DNA of 64,000 nt from an uncultured delta proteobacterium (lineage in GTDB: Bacteria; Myxococcota_A; Polyangia; Fen-1088): contig CAWCMR010000008.1 of NCBI GenBank assembly GCA_963796685.1, positions 448,001-512,000 on the forward strand. The letters are read 5' to 3'. A program made the position numbers and the translations under genes. The notes under the pieces are model-generated. The model did not search any database. It was given only the letters and a program-made list of their open reading frames with translations, and was not told the origin of the DNA. Position 1 is the first letter of the stretch. Each line of letters starts with the position of its first letter. This document shows positions 52,777 to 61,758 of this stretch, piece by piece.

Positions 52777-53520
52777 CTAGGTAGCCCTCGCGCTTGGCAG
52801 GTTGCCCACGCCCCCCACGCGCACGGCCTCCTCGGCGCTGACCCGATCCACCATCTGTCCGTCGGCCAGGCGCACGACCGAGCTGGCGTAGGACCAGACC
52901 CTGGCGTCGTGGGTCGAGAAGATGAAGGTCGTCCGCTCGGTACGGTTCAGCTCTTTCATCAAATCGAGGATGTTGGTGCCGGTGACCGAGTCCAGGTTCG
53001 CGGTGGGCTCGTCGGCGAGCACCAGTTGCGGACGCGTGACGAGCGCCCGCGCGATGGCCACGCGCTGGCGCTGCCCGCCCGAAAGCTCGCTCGGCCGGTG
53101 GGTGGAATACTCGCGAATGCCGACCCGGTCGAGCAAGGCCTCGACGCGCGTGCGTCGCTCTTTCGCGCCCGCCGAGCGCTGAAGCAAGAGCGGCAGCTCG
53201 ATGTTCTGAAACACGCTGAGCACCGACACCAGGTTGAAGCTCTGGAAGATGAACCCGATGGTATGCAGGCGCAGCCGCGTGAGCTGGCGCTCGGACATGG
53301 TCTCGGTGGCGTTTCCCGCGATGCGCACGACGCCCGCGCTGGGAGTGTCCACGCAGCCGATGAGGTTGAGCAGCGTGGTCTTGCCGCTGCCCGAGGGGCC
53401 CGCGATGGCGAGGAACTCGCCTTCCTCGACGTCCAGCGAGACCCCGCGCAAGGCCGGCACGACGAACGTGCCAAGGGTGTAGTTCTTGAAAACCTGCTGT
53501 ACGGAAACGATATGTGTCAT
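52777..53520 (-). CDS. ABC transporter ATP-binding protein (LolD/MacB-like)
   Basis: GPSGSGKT, LSGGQRQR, LADEPTANLD and STHD. Confidence 0.96.
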   Translation of the reverse strand: MTHIVSVQQVFKNYTLGTFVVPALRGVSLDVEEGEFLAIAGPSGSGKTTLLNLIGCVDTPSAGVVRIAGNATETMSERQLTRLRLHTIGFIFQSFNLVSVLSVFQNIELPLLLQRSAGAKERRTRVEALLDRVGIREYSTHRPSELSGGQRQRVAIARALVTRPQLVLADEPTANLDSVTGTNILDLMKELNRTERTTFIFSTHDARVWSYASSVVRLADGQMVDRVSAEEAVRVGGVGNLPSARAT

Positions 53521-53550
53521 GGTCTTACCAGTCGGTGGGTTGTCTCGATC

Positions 53551-53630
53551 CGCTGTCTCTTCGTCGCTGTCTATTCGTCGCTGTCTCTTCGTCGCTGTCT
53601 ATTCGTCGCTGTCTATTCGTCGCTGTCTTC
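53551..53630. repeat. 14-bp tandem repeat CGCTGTCT(C/A)TTCGT, five copies plus a partial
   Basis: Directly visible. Duplicates the last codons and stop of the PadR gene. Confidence 0.92.
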
Positions 53631-54298
53631 GGCCACGTCGTCGGCAAGCAGGCGATAGAGCGCCTTGCGGGCCTGGTTGAGGATCTTCTGCGCCTCGCGA
53701 ATTTGCATGCTCGATCCGGTGTGGACAACTTGAATGGTCGCGGCCGCGATGTGTTTCAGCTCGGCAAACAGTCCTAGCATAGGATCGTCGCTGGCGGTCT
53801 GGCTCGCTGCCTCCCAGGGCGCCGCGAATTCATCCGGGTGTTCCTGCACATGGCTACGCCCTTTTTCGGTCAAGTGGAAGGTGCGCCCGCCGGATGGCTC
53901 TCCGCGCAGACCAGTCCTTCATCCTCCAGTTGTTGCAAGGCCGGATACACGGCACCCGGGCTTGGCCGCCAGGAACCGCGGCTGCGCTGTTCCAGCTCTT
54001 GCATAATCTGGTAGCCGTTGAGCGGCTTTTCCGCGAGCAGCGACAGAATCGCCGCGCGCACGTCGCCGCGCTTGGCCCGCGCCTTGCGGAAGAAATTCCA
54101 CGGGAACCCGCCAAAGGGCGGAAACGGTGGCGATCCGCCGCCTGCGCCACCTGCGCCAGAGCCCCCACCGAAGCCGCCAAAGTTGAATGGACCACCACCG
54201 TGCCCATGCCCCATGGCCCAAACCCCGTGGCCGCAGACAGCACGGCCGGCCCACATGCCCGCTTTGCTCCTCAGATACTCTCGAGTGTGTTCTTCCAA
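53613..54298 (-). CDS. PadR-family transcriptional regulator; apparent -1 frameshift near 53898
   Basis: RGDVRAAILSLL..PLNGYQIMQEL....WRPSPGAVYPALQQLEDEGL continues in another frame as GGRTFHLTEKG...ILNQARKALYRLLA. True start may be further upstream. Confidence 0.85.
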
Positions 54299-54422
54299 GG
54301 TTGAACGCCCCAGCGCGTGTATCGCGACCCCTCTAGATGCATCGTAGATATATCGTTATCTTCGATTGGGTCAAGCCTAAAGATCACTGGCAAGCGCCAT
54401 ACCGGGCCAATCACGAACTGCG

Positions 54423-55027
54423 TCACATCCCGGTGCCCGGACCTGCCGATGCAAAGCGGAAGCTGAAGTCGCCAATGCGCAACCCGGGATCCGGAAAGCA
54501 GTCAGGACGAAGGCGAACATGACTTTCCTCGTCGTAGCGGCGGATTTCACAGCGCGAATGCAAGCGCAGCTCGTCACGCACACGGTCCGAGGTGCGTGGA
54601 TCGACCACGATCCAATCGTAGCCGTGCAGGGCGACCCGATTGCGCAGAAAGTCTGCCAGCTCTCCCGGCACAGGAAAAAGCCCGATGCAGTCGTGATCCG
54701 TGGCCGCCAGGTGAAAAGGATGGCGAGCAAGGCGAACCCCCGGGAAACCAGGCGCGTGACGGATACAGGATCCAGCCCCGTGACCACATGAACGAGCTTG
54801 AGCACGAGGACGTAACCCAAGTAGCCCAGAGGATGGGGTTGGAAGTGAATGATGTCGAAACGCGAAATCGCCAGGGCCAGATTGGTGTCGTCGCAGTCCA
54901 GGGCATAGCGGCCGGCCAAGCCGTGGAAGAGCGCCATCGCCAGGCTCAGAATCGCTCCCAGGAAGACCAACTCGGTCAGCCAGCGGGGAGAGCTATGAGG
55001 ATGTGGAACGGGCTCGGATTCCGCCAT
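54423..55027 (-). pseudogene. Internally deleted membrane glycosyltransferase-like (GT-C/DUF2723-like) remnant
   Basis: N-terminal TM plus DDTNLALAISRFD...QPHPLGYLGYV, breaking off after about 108 aa and joined out of frame to a soluble C-terminal fragment. Confidence 0.55.
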
Positions 55028-55242
55028 GGCGGTCCAAAATCAATGTACCAGCGGGCGACGACGCGACCAACGGATACTTGACCGAGCAGCGGGCGAGGAC
55101 TGACCGGCACTATCCCATCGATGCCGTGTTTGGCTCGCTGCTGTCCGCGACGGCGATCGCGGTCGGTGGGCTGGCGTGGTGAATGTCGTGAAAGATCACC
55201 GAATCTGTCGACGACAGGCCCGGCTTCCAGTAGAAATCGGGC

Positions 55243-57060
55243 ATGTCCGAGTTTCTCAAGGATCTGAAGCGTACCCATGACTGCGGCGCCCTGCGCGGCG
55301 CCGACATCGGTTCGACCGTCGTGCTGTTCGGTTGGGTTTCTTCCCGGCGCGATCACGGCGGCTGCGTATTCATCGATTTGCGCGACCGCGCCGGCATCAC
55401 GCAAATCGTGTTCGAGCCGCAAACCAACGCCGAGGCCCACAAGTTGGCCAGCGAGCTGCGCTCGGAATTCTGCGTCGGGCTGCGCGGCGTGGTCCACGAC
55501 CGCGGCGAGCGACGCAACCCCAACCTGCCCACCGGCGACGTGGAGATCCACTGCACCGACCTCACCATCTTCTCGCGCTCGGACACCCCGCCCTTCGAGA
55601 TCGGCGATAGCACCGCCAACGAATCCATCCGGCTCAAGTACCGCGCCCTGGACCTGCGCCGGCCGTCGCTGCAGAAGAACTTCGTTCTGCGCTCGCAAAT
55701 CTACCAGACCGCCCGCCGCGTGCTCACGCAACACAAGTTTCTGGAGATCGAAACGCCCTTCCTGGTCAAGTACACCCCCGGCGGCGCACGCAACTTCCTC
55801 GTGCCGTCGCGCCTGTCGCCAGGCCAGTTCTATGCCTTGGCCGAATCGCCCCAGCTCTTCAAGCAGCTGTTCATGGTGGCGGGCTTCGACCGCTACTTCC
55901 AGATCGTCCGCTGCTTTCGCGACGAGGACTTGCGCCAGGATCGCCAGCCCGAGTTCACCCAGATCGACGCCGAGATGAGCTTCGTCGTCGAAGAAGACGT
56001 GCAAAACGTCTTCGAGGATCTGATGCGCGCGCTGTGGAAGGACATCCTCGGCATCGACCTGCAGACGCCATTCCCGCGCCTGTCCTACGCCGAGGCCATG
56101 GACAGCTATGGTTCCGACAAGCCCGATCTTCGCTTCGGCCTGCCCCTGTGCGATGTCACCGAGGTCGTGCGCAAACACGATGGCGGCAACGTCGAGATGC
56201 TGAGGCAGGTGATTTCGGGCAAGTCCGCGGGCGGCGAGGCACCGGTGGTCAAGGGCTGGCGCCTGCCGGCGGCCGAAGCGGCCAAGATGTCGAACGCCGA
56301 AATCGACAAGCTGGAGGAGTTCGTCAAGGGACTCGGCGCGCGCGGCCTGGCCCGCGCCCGCATCGGCGCCGGCGGGGCGTGGACCCGCTCGCCCATGAAG
56401 ACCATGAGCGAAGCCTTGCGCGTGGATCTGAACCAAGCCGCGGGCTTGCAAGAAGGCGATGTCTTCTTCCTGCAATTCGGAGCGCGCAAGCTCGTCTACA
56501 CCGTACTCGGCGCCCTCCGCCTGCACGTGGCGAACAAGCTCGGCATCATCCCGGCCAACCAGTGGAAATTCTGCTGGGTCAATGCCTTCCCGCTCTTCGA
56601 ACGCAGCGACGACGGCAAGATGGTCGCCGCCCACCACCCGTTCACCTCTCCGTTCGCGGAAGACATGGAACGCCTCGAGTCCGATCCAGGCTCCGTGCGC
56701 GCGCGTGCCTACGACCTCGTGCTCAACGGCAACGAGATCGCGGGCGGGTCCATCCGTATCCACCAAAGCGACGTGCAATCGCGCGTGTTCCGCGCGCTCG
56801 GCTTTACCGACGAGGACGCTCGCACAAAATTCGGGTTTCTACTCGATGCCTTCCGCCATGGGCCACCGCCTCACGGCGGCATCGCGGCCGGGCTCGACAG
56901 GCTGGCCATGCTCCTATGTGGCGCGGATTCCCTGCGTGACGTCATTGCCTTCCCCAAGACCCAAAAGGGAACCGACCTTTGTACCGATGCGCCTTCCACC
57001 GTGGCGAACAAGCAGCTCGACGAGCTGCACATCGCCCTGGTTGGGGTCGAGCCGCAGTAG
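55243..57060 (+). CDS. aspS: Aspartate--tRNA ligase
   Basis: RTHDCG, RRDHGG..FIDLRD, SPQLFKQL, CFRDEDLR.DRQPEFTQID, HHPFT, GGSIRIH and PPHGG..GLDR. Confidence 0.98.
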   Translation: MSEFLKDLKRTHDCGALRGADIGSTVVLFGWVSSRRDHGGCVFIDLRDRAGITQIVFEPQTNAEAHKLASELRSEFCVGLRGVVHDRGERRNPNLPTGDVEIHCTDLTIFSRSDTPPFEIGDSTANESIRLKYRALDLRRPSLQKNFVLRSQIYQTARRVLTQHKFLEIETPFLVKYTPGGARNFLVPSRLSPGQFYALAESPQLFKQLFMVAGFDRYFQIVRCFRDEDLRQDRQPEFTQIDAEMSFVVEEDVQNVFEDLMRALWKDILGIDLQTPFPRLSYAEAMDSYGSDKPDLRFGLPLCDVTEVVRKHDGGNVEMLRQVISGKSAGGEAPVVKGWRLPAAEAAKMSNAEIDKLEEFVKGLGARGLARARIGAGGAWTRSPMKTMSEALRVDLNQAAGLQEGDVFFLQFGARKLVYTVLGALRLHVANKLGIIPANQWKFCWVNAFPLFERSDDGKMVAAHHPFTSPFAEDMERLESDPGSVRARAYDLVLNGNEIAGGSIRIHQSDVQSRVFRALGFTDEDARTKFGFLLDAFRHGPPPHGGIAAGLDRLAMLLCGADSLRDVIAFPKTQKGTDLCTDAPSTVANKQLDELHIALVGVEPQ

Positions 57061-57333
57061 CGCCCAAGCTCCGAATGCAGTCGGCTTCATTGATGTATTC
57101 AGGAGCCGATAGGCCTCAATAGCGCCAGGCACGTAGCGGCATTCAGCGCGCAAGACCGACATCGACTGCGAATGCGCCTACGCACCCGAGAGGCACTAGA
57201 TGCGTACCTGCGCTCCGCCGACCTTACAGATGAGAATCCCCGCTGCGTAGACTTCTTCGCGCCAAAATGCGCGTCGCGCTACATAATCGTGTCCTTTCGG
57301 TGTGTTACGACTCTGTGTCAAGAGTGTGTCAGC

Positions 57334-57349
57334 TGGCACATGTCCTGCT
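57334..57349 (+). promoter_or_regulatory. Putative sigma-54 (-24/-12) promoter
   Basis: TGGCACATGTCCTGCT has GG-N10-GC spacing and lies 33 nt upstream of the small ORF. TGTGTCA direct repeat just upstream. Confidence 0.6.
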
Positions 57350-57382
57350 TAGGCCAGGGGCAACCTCTTGGGAGGAGGAAAA

Positions 57383-57577
57383 ATGTCACAAGCCCTCGCA
57401 ACCGTGCAAACCGAAACGCCAATCATCAACCGTGAACGGGCGCTCCGAATCCTTTCTAAGTCGCTGTACAAGGATCTGCGACAAAATGGTTACGAGCCGA
57501 AACAAATCGTGGCACTCGCCAGCGAGCTTATCGCGCAGGTCACCACGGATATCTCGGACCAGAGCACGCTCGCCTAG
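57383..57577 (+). CDS. Small hypothetical protein (64 aa)
   Basis: Strong GGAGGAGG RBS, amphipathic helices (RILSKSLYKDLRQNGY...IVALASELI) and a downstream terminator. Confidence 0.8.
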   Translation: MSQALATVQTETPIINRERALRILSKSLYKDLRQNGYEPKQIVALASELIAQVTTDISDQSTLA

Positions 57578-57598
57578 CTCATTATTTGTTTTGATGCA

Positions 57599-57629
57599 TC
57601 AAAAGGGAGACCCTCGGGTCTCCTTTTGA
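57599..57629 (+). terminator. Rho-independent terminator (possibly bidirectional)
   Basis: AAAAG-GGAGACC-ctcg-GGTCTCC-TTTTGATTTT. Confidence 0.85.
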
Positions 57630-57705
57630 TTTTCAGGCCCCAACCACCCTCCCAAGCCTAATACCCTGGAAAGTCCTCGTACTTCCGTGTAGAAGCGGCC
57701 CTCTC

Positions 57706-58890
57706 ATGGCGGCAAAGAGCATTGCCGAATTGGACCTCCAGGGTCGAAGGGTGTTCATACGCGTGGACTTCAACGTCCCGCTCACCCCGGCCGGAGGCGT
57801 GTCCGATGCAACCCGCATCCGCGAAAGCCTGCCGACCATCACCCACGCCATCGAGCGTGGCGCTCGCGTCGTGCTGGCATCGCATCTCGGCCGCCCCAAG
57901 GGACGGGTCAAGCCCGAATTCTCCTTGCTGCCGGTCGCCGCCTACCTGGCCGAGACGCTCGGCCGCGACGTCGTCTTGGCCGACGAGCCGGCCGGCGATG
58001 GCGCCAAGAAGGTCGTGAACGACCTGCGCGATGGCGGGGTGGCCATCCTGGAGAACCTGCGTTTCACGCCCGGCGAAGAAGCCAACGACGAAGGCTTCTC
58101 GCGCATGCTTGCCACCTACGCCGACGTCTATGTCAACGACGCCTTCGGCACCGCCCACCGGGCGCATGCCTCTACCGTCGGGATGGTCAAATACGTCGCG
58201 AGCAAAGGAATGGGCTTCCTCATGGATCGGGAAGCCAAGATGCTGGGCAAGCTCCTCGGCGAGGTCCAGCGACCTTTCGTGGCCATCATCGGTGGCGCCA
58301 AGGTCGCGGACAAGATCGGGCTCCTCGAAAGCCTGCTGGGTCGCGCCGATGCCGTGTGTTTGGGCGGCGCCATGGCCAACACCTTCCTGTGTGCGAAAGG
58401 CGCCAACATGGGCCGATCGCTGGTTGAATCGAGCAAGCTGCCTATCGCGCGCGCGTTCCTGGCCAAAGCGGAAACCAGCGGGGTGAGGATTGTTCTGCCG
58501 CGCGACCTGGTGGTGGCCGAAGATGCCAAGGCCGAATCCGGGACCGTGGTGCCAAGCACCAGCGTGCCCGGCGACCAAGCGGCGCTCGACATCGGTCCCG
58601 AGTCGGCGGCCGAGATTGCAGCGGTCCTTTCTCGCGCGCGCACCGTGTTCTGGAACGGTCCCATGGGGGTGTGCGAAGCTCAGCCCTTCGCCGCGGGGAC
58701 CATCGCCGTGGCCAAGGCCATGGCGCAGGTGATGGGCGGAACCACCGTGGTCGGGGGCGGCGATTCGGTCGCCGCCGTCCATCGGACCGGCGTCGCCAAC
58801 AGCATCACGCACATCTCCACGGGCGGAGGCGCCTCGCTCGAATTCCTCGAAGGTAAGAAACTCCCGGGGCTTGCCGCCCTGGAATCATGA
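57706..58890 (+). CDS. pgk: Phosphoglycerate kinase
   Basis: RVDFNVP, SHLGRPKG, LENLRF, NDAFGTAHRAH, WNGPMG, GGGDS and STGGGASLE. Confidence 0.98.
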   Translation: MAAKSIAELDLQGRRVFIRVDFNVPLTPAGGVSDATRIRESLPTITHAIERGARVVLASHLGRPKGRVKPEFSLLPVAAYLAETLGRDVVLADEPAGDGAKKVVNDLRDGGVAILENLRFTPGEEANDEGFSRMLATYADVYVNDAFGTAHRAHASTVGMVKYVASKGMGFLMDREAKMLGKLLGEVQRPFVAIIGGAKVADKIGLLESLLGRADAVCLGGAMANTFLCAKGANMGRSLVESSKLPIARAFLAKAETSGVRIVLPRDLVVAEDAKAESGTVVPSTSVPGDQAALDIGPESAAEIAAVLSRARTVFWNGPMGVCEAQPFAAGTIAVAKAMAQVMGGTTVVGGGDSVAAVHRTGVANSITHISTGGGASLEFLEGKKLPGLAALES

Positions 58891-58913
58891 AGTAGAAAGG
58901 AGTCTCGATAGCA

Positions 58914-59699
58914 ATGTCTAATCCGCGCGTTCCTCGACCCTTTTTCTGTGGCAACTGGAAACTGTGGGGCACCCTGTCCGAGTCCGTGACTCTGGCCACC
59001 GGCGTTCGCGATGCCGTCGCGGCCGTCACCGGGGCCGATGTCGCGGTAGGACCGGGATTCGTGGCCCTGGCGACCGTTGCCGAGAAGCTCAAGGGCAGCT
59101 CGCTCGGCGTGGCGTCGCAGGACGGGTATTGGGAAATCAAAGGCGCGTTTACGGGAGAAGTCGCCATGGCCCAGATCGCCGATGCCGGCGTTCGCTACGC
59201 CATCGTGGGGCACTCCGAGCGACGCCAGTATTTCCACGAGACGGATGAGACGGTCGCGCGCAAGGCGAAGGCCGCGCTGGCCCACGGGCTCGTGCCCATC
59301 ATCTGCATCGGCGAAACCCTTTCCGAGCGCGATGCTGGCCAGGCGCTTGCGATAGTGGCCAAGCAGCTCATCGGGGCAACCTCCGCGCTCAGCGATGACG
59401 AGCTCGTCAAGTCGGTCATCGCCTACGAGCCCGTGTGGGCCATCGGCACGGGCCGCGTGGCGACACCGGCGCAAGCCCAGGAGGTTCATGCGTCGATCCG
59501 AGCGAACCTCACGCAGCGCCTGCAGACGCGCGCGCAGCAGATCCGCATTCTCTACGGCGGCAGTGTGAAGCCCGACAACATCGCCGTGCTCATGAAGGAA
59601 GAAGACATCGATGGCGCCCTGGTCGGAGGCGCGTCGCTTACGGTGGATTCGTTCGCCAAGATTGTCACTGAAGGGGTTGCCGCGTGTACACGTTCCTAA
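58914..59699 (+). CDS. tpiA: Triosephosphate isomerase
   Basis: [32 protein letters not shown] and LVGGASL. Confidence 0.98.
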   Translation: MSNPRVPRPFFCGNWKLWGTLSESVTLATGVRDAVAAVTGADVAVGPGFVALATVAEKLKGSSLGVASQDGYWEIKGAFTGEVAMAQIADAGVRYAIVGHSERRQYFHETDETVARKAKAALAHGLVPIICIGETLSERDAGQALAIVAKQLIGATSALSDDELVKSVIAYEPVWAIGTGRVATPAQAQEVHASIRANLTQRLQTRAQQIRILYGGSVKPDNIAVLMKEEDIDGALVGGASLTVDSFAKIVTEGVAACTRS

Positions 59700-60523
59700 C
59701 CGTTCTCCACGTTTTTGTTTGTGTCTTCCTCATGCTGGTCGTCCTGCTGCAAGCCGGACGTGGCGGAGGCATCGGTCTGGCCTTTGGCGGCGGCGGCGGC
59801 AGCCAGAGCGTATTCGGCTCGTCCGGCGGGGCGACCTTCCTGACCAAGATGACCGCGGTGTGCGCCGTCATCTTCTTCACCAATTCGCTGGCCCTGGCCT
59901 ACCTGTCGAGCCAGTCCGACTCGCGACGCCTCGAGAGAATCGCCGAGAAGAAGGCCCTGACCAAGAAGGCGGAAGACGCCGCCAACGCGAAGTTGATGAC
60001 CGAAATCAACAAGGAGCGCGAAGACAAGGCCAAGGCGACCTCCGCCAAGTCCGGCGAGAGCACACCCGCGGAGGGAACCGCAGGCGAAGAGAATACGGAA
60101 AAGAAAGACCCCGCGGCCGAGGACAAGACCGCTGCCGGCAAGGCTGCCGACGACAAGGCTGCCCCCGCGCTCAAGCTCACCCTTCCCGGACAAGGTGGCG
60201 GAAAGGTCCTGCCCGGAGCGCCAGGCAAGCTCGCGGCCGATTTGAAAGTCGGCAAGCCCGAGAAAGCAACCGCCGATAGCAAGCTCGACAAGGCGGACAA
60301 GGCCGCGGCCGAGAAGAAATCCGTGAACGTCGGCCCCGTCCCCAACAAGAAGAAAATCGCCGCGGAAAAGGCCGACGACGGCAGGAAGCCCGCCGCCGAG
60401 GCGGAGAAGTCGGCTGCGGAAGAGAAGCCGGCTGTCAGGAAGCCGGCGGCCGAGAAGAAGTCCGAGAACAAATCCGAGAACAAATCCGATGAGAGCGCAG
60501 CCGAGAAGCCTGCGGCGGAATAG
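59684..60523 (+). CDS. secG: Preprotein translocase subunit SecG with long low-complexity C-terminal tail
   Basis: VLLQ.G.GGG...FGG...VFGSSG..TFLTK.T and the canonical position after tpiA. Confidence 0.92.
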   Translation: MYTFLTVLHVFVCVFLMLVVLLQAGRGGGIGLAFGGGGGSQSVFGSSGGATFLTKMTAVCAVIFFTNSLALAYLSSQSDSRRLERIAEKKALTKKAEDAANAKLMTEINKEREDKAKATSAKSGESTPAEGTAGEENTEKKDPAAEDKTAAGKAADDKAAPALKLTLPGQGGGKVLPGAPGKLAADLKVGKPEKATADSKLDKADKAAAEKKSVNVGPVPNKKKIAAEKADDGRKPAAEAEKSAAEEKPAVRKPAAEKKSENKSENKSDESAAEKPAAE

Positions 60524-60545
60524 GTCCACGTGCTAGGTTCGGCAC

Positions 60546-61496
60546 ATGGCCCATTTGCCCTTCGTCAAAGTGGAAGGACTGGGAAACGATTTCCTGGTCG
60601 TCGATCTGCGGCCGGGAAAGCCGGCACACCCGCTGGCTGAGCTCGTCACCAACCCCGGGACGGTTCGCGCCCTGTGCGACCGCAACTTCGGGGTCGGTGG
60701 CGACGGCGTCCTGGCCATCCTGCCCGGCATCCAGGGCGATGCGCGCATGCGCGTGCTCAATGGCGATGGCAGCGAAGCCGAAATGTGCGGCAACGGGATC
60801 CGCTGCGTGGCCAAGGTTCTCCACGACCACGACCCGGGCATGCGACGCGAGGTGCTGCGCATCGACACGGGGGCCGGATTGCTCGCCTGCAAGATCGACG
60901 CGCGCGACGGTCGCGCGACGAGTGTGACCGTGGAGATGGGCGTGCCGCAACTCTTGCCTCGACTGGTGCCCGTGGCAAGCGATGCGCCTCGCCTGGTGCG
61001 CGCCCCGCTTCGTGTCCAGGATCGGATGCTTGCCTTCACCGCCGTCTCCATGGGAAATCCCCATGCCGTGATCTTCGTCGACGACCCCGCTGCCAACCTG
61101 CGCGACCTGGCCCTGCGCTACGGTGGTGGCATCGAGCACGATCCACTGTTTCCAAGGCGGACCAACGTCGAGCTCGCGGCGGTGCGCAAAGACGCGGCGA
61201 ATAAACCCGAGATTGACCTCGTGGTTTGGGAGCGCGGGTGCGGCATCACCCTGGCCTGTGGAACGGGCGCCTGCGCGACCGCCGTGGCCGCGTGCCTCGA
61301 GGGCCGCGTCCAGCCGGGCCGCGAGATCCCGGTGCACCTGCCCGGCGGAACCCTCTTCATCACGGTGGCAAACGGTCCGGCCAACAGCGATGGCCCAACC
61401 TATGCCGGCGTGTCCATGCGCGGCCCCGCCAACGTGGTCTTCGAGGCCAGCGTCGACCCCTCCGCCATTCACCTGCCCGCGCAAGACCGAACCTGA
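60546..61496 (+). CDS. dapF: Diaminopimelate epimerase
   Basis: GLGNDF, GVGGDG, EMCGNGIRC, SMGNPH and ERGCGITLACGTGA. Confidence 0.97.
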   Translation: MAHLPFVKVEGLGNDFLVVDLRPGKPAHPLAELVTNPGTVRALCDRNFGVGGDGVLAILPGIQGDARMRVLNGDGSEAEMCGNGIRCVAKVLHDHDPGMRREVLRIDTGAGLLACKIDARDGRATSVTVEMGVPQLLPRLVPVASDAPRLVRAPLRVQDRMLAFTAVSMGNPHAVIFVDDPAANLRDLALRYGGGIEHDPLFPRRTNVELAAVRKDAANKPEIDLVVWERGCGITLACGTGACATAVAACLEGRVQPGREIPVHLPGGTLFITVANGPANSDGPTYAGVSMRGPANVVFEASVDPSAIHLPAQDRT

Positions 61497-61500
61497 CCCC

Positions 61501-61690
61501 CATCATCCTGCGACAGCCACAGAAGGCCGTGGCCGTGGCCGTGGCCGTGGCTGGTCGCAATTTCCCTCGGCCACGACGGCGAGGACGCCTATGGCCACGG
61601 TAAGCCGTCTAGGTCCACGACTACCCGTCATCGCTCCGATTGGGTGCGTGCGTCCCTCGTGGAAAGGTGTCCCTCTGTGTTCCGCGCTGC
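61501..61690 (+). repeat. Dispersed ~200-bp intergenic repeat, copy B
   Basis: Colinear with the reverse complement of 20948-21147, including the (GTGGCC)n tract and the two conserved blocks. Confidence 0.88.
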
Positions 61691-61758
61691 AGGCTTATGC
61701 ACCCTGGAGCGTAACCGCTCGACGCCTACGGGCGGCCAAGGTGGGGTAAGATGCACGC

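Noticed and set aside
53551-53630. Possible CRISPR array
   Set aside because: Repeats are 14 bp, directly abutting and without spacers, and there are no cas genes. It is a VNTR.
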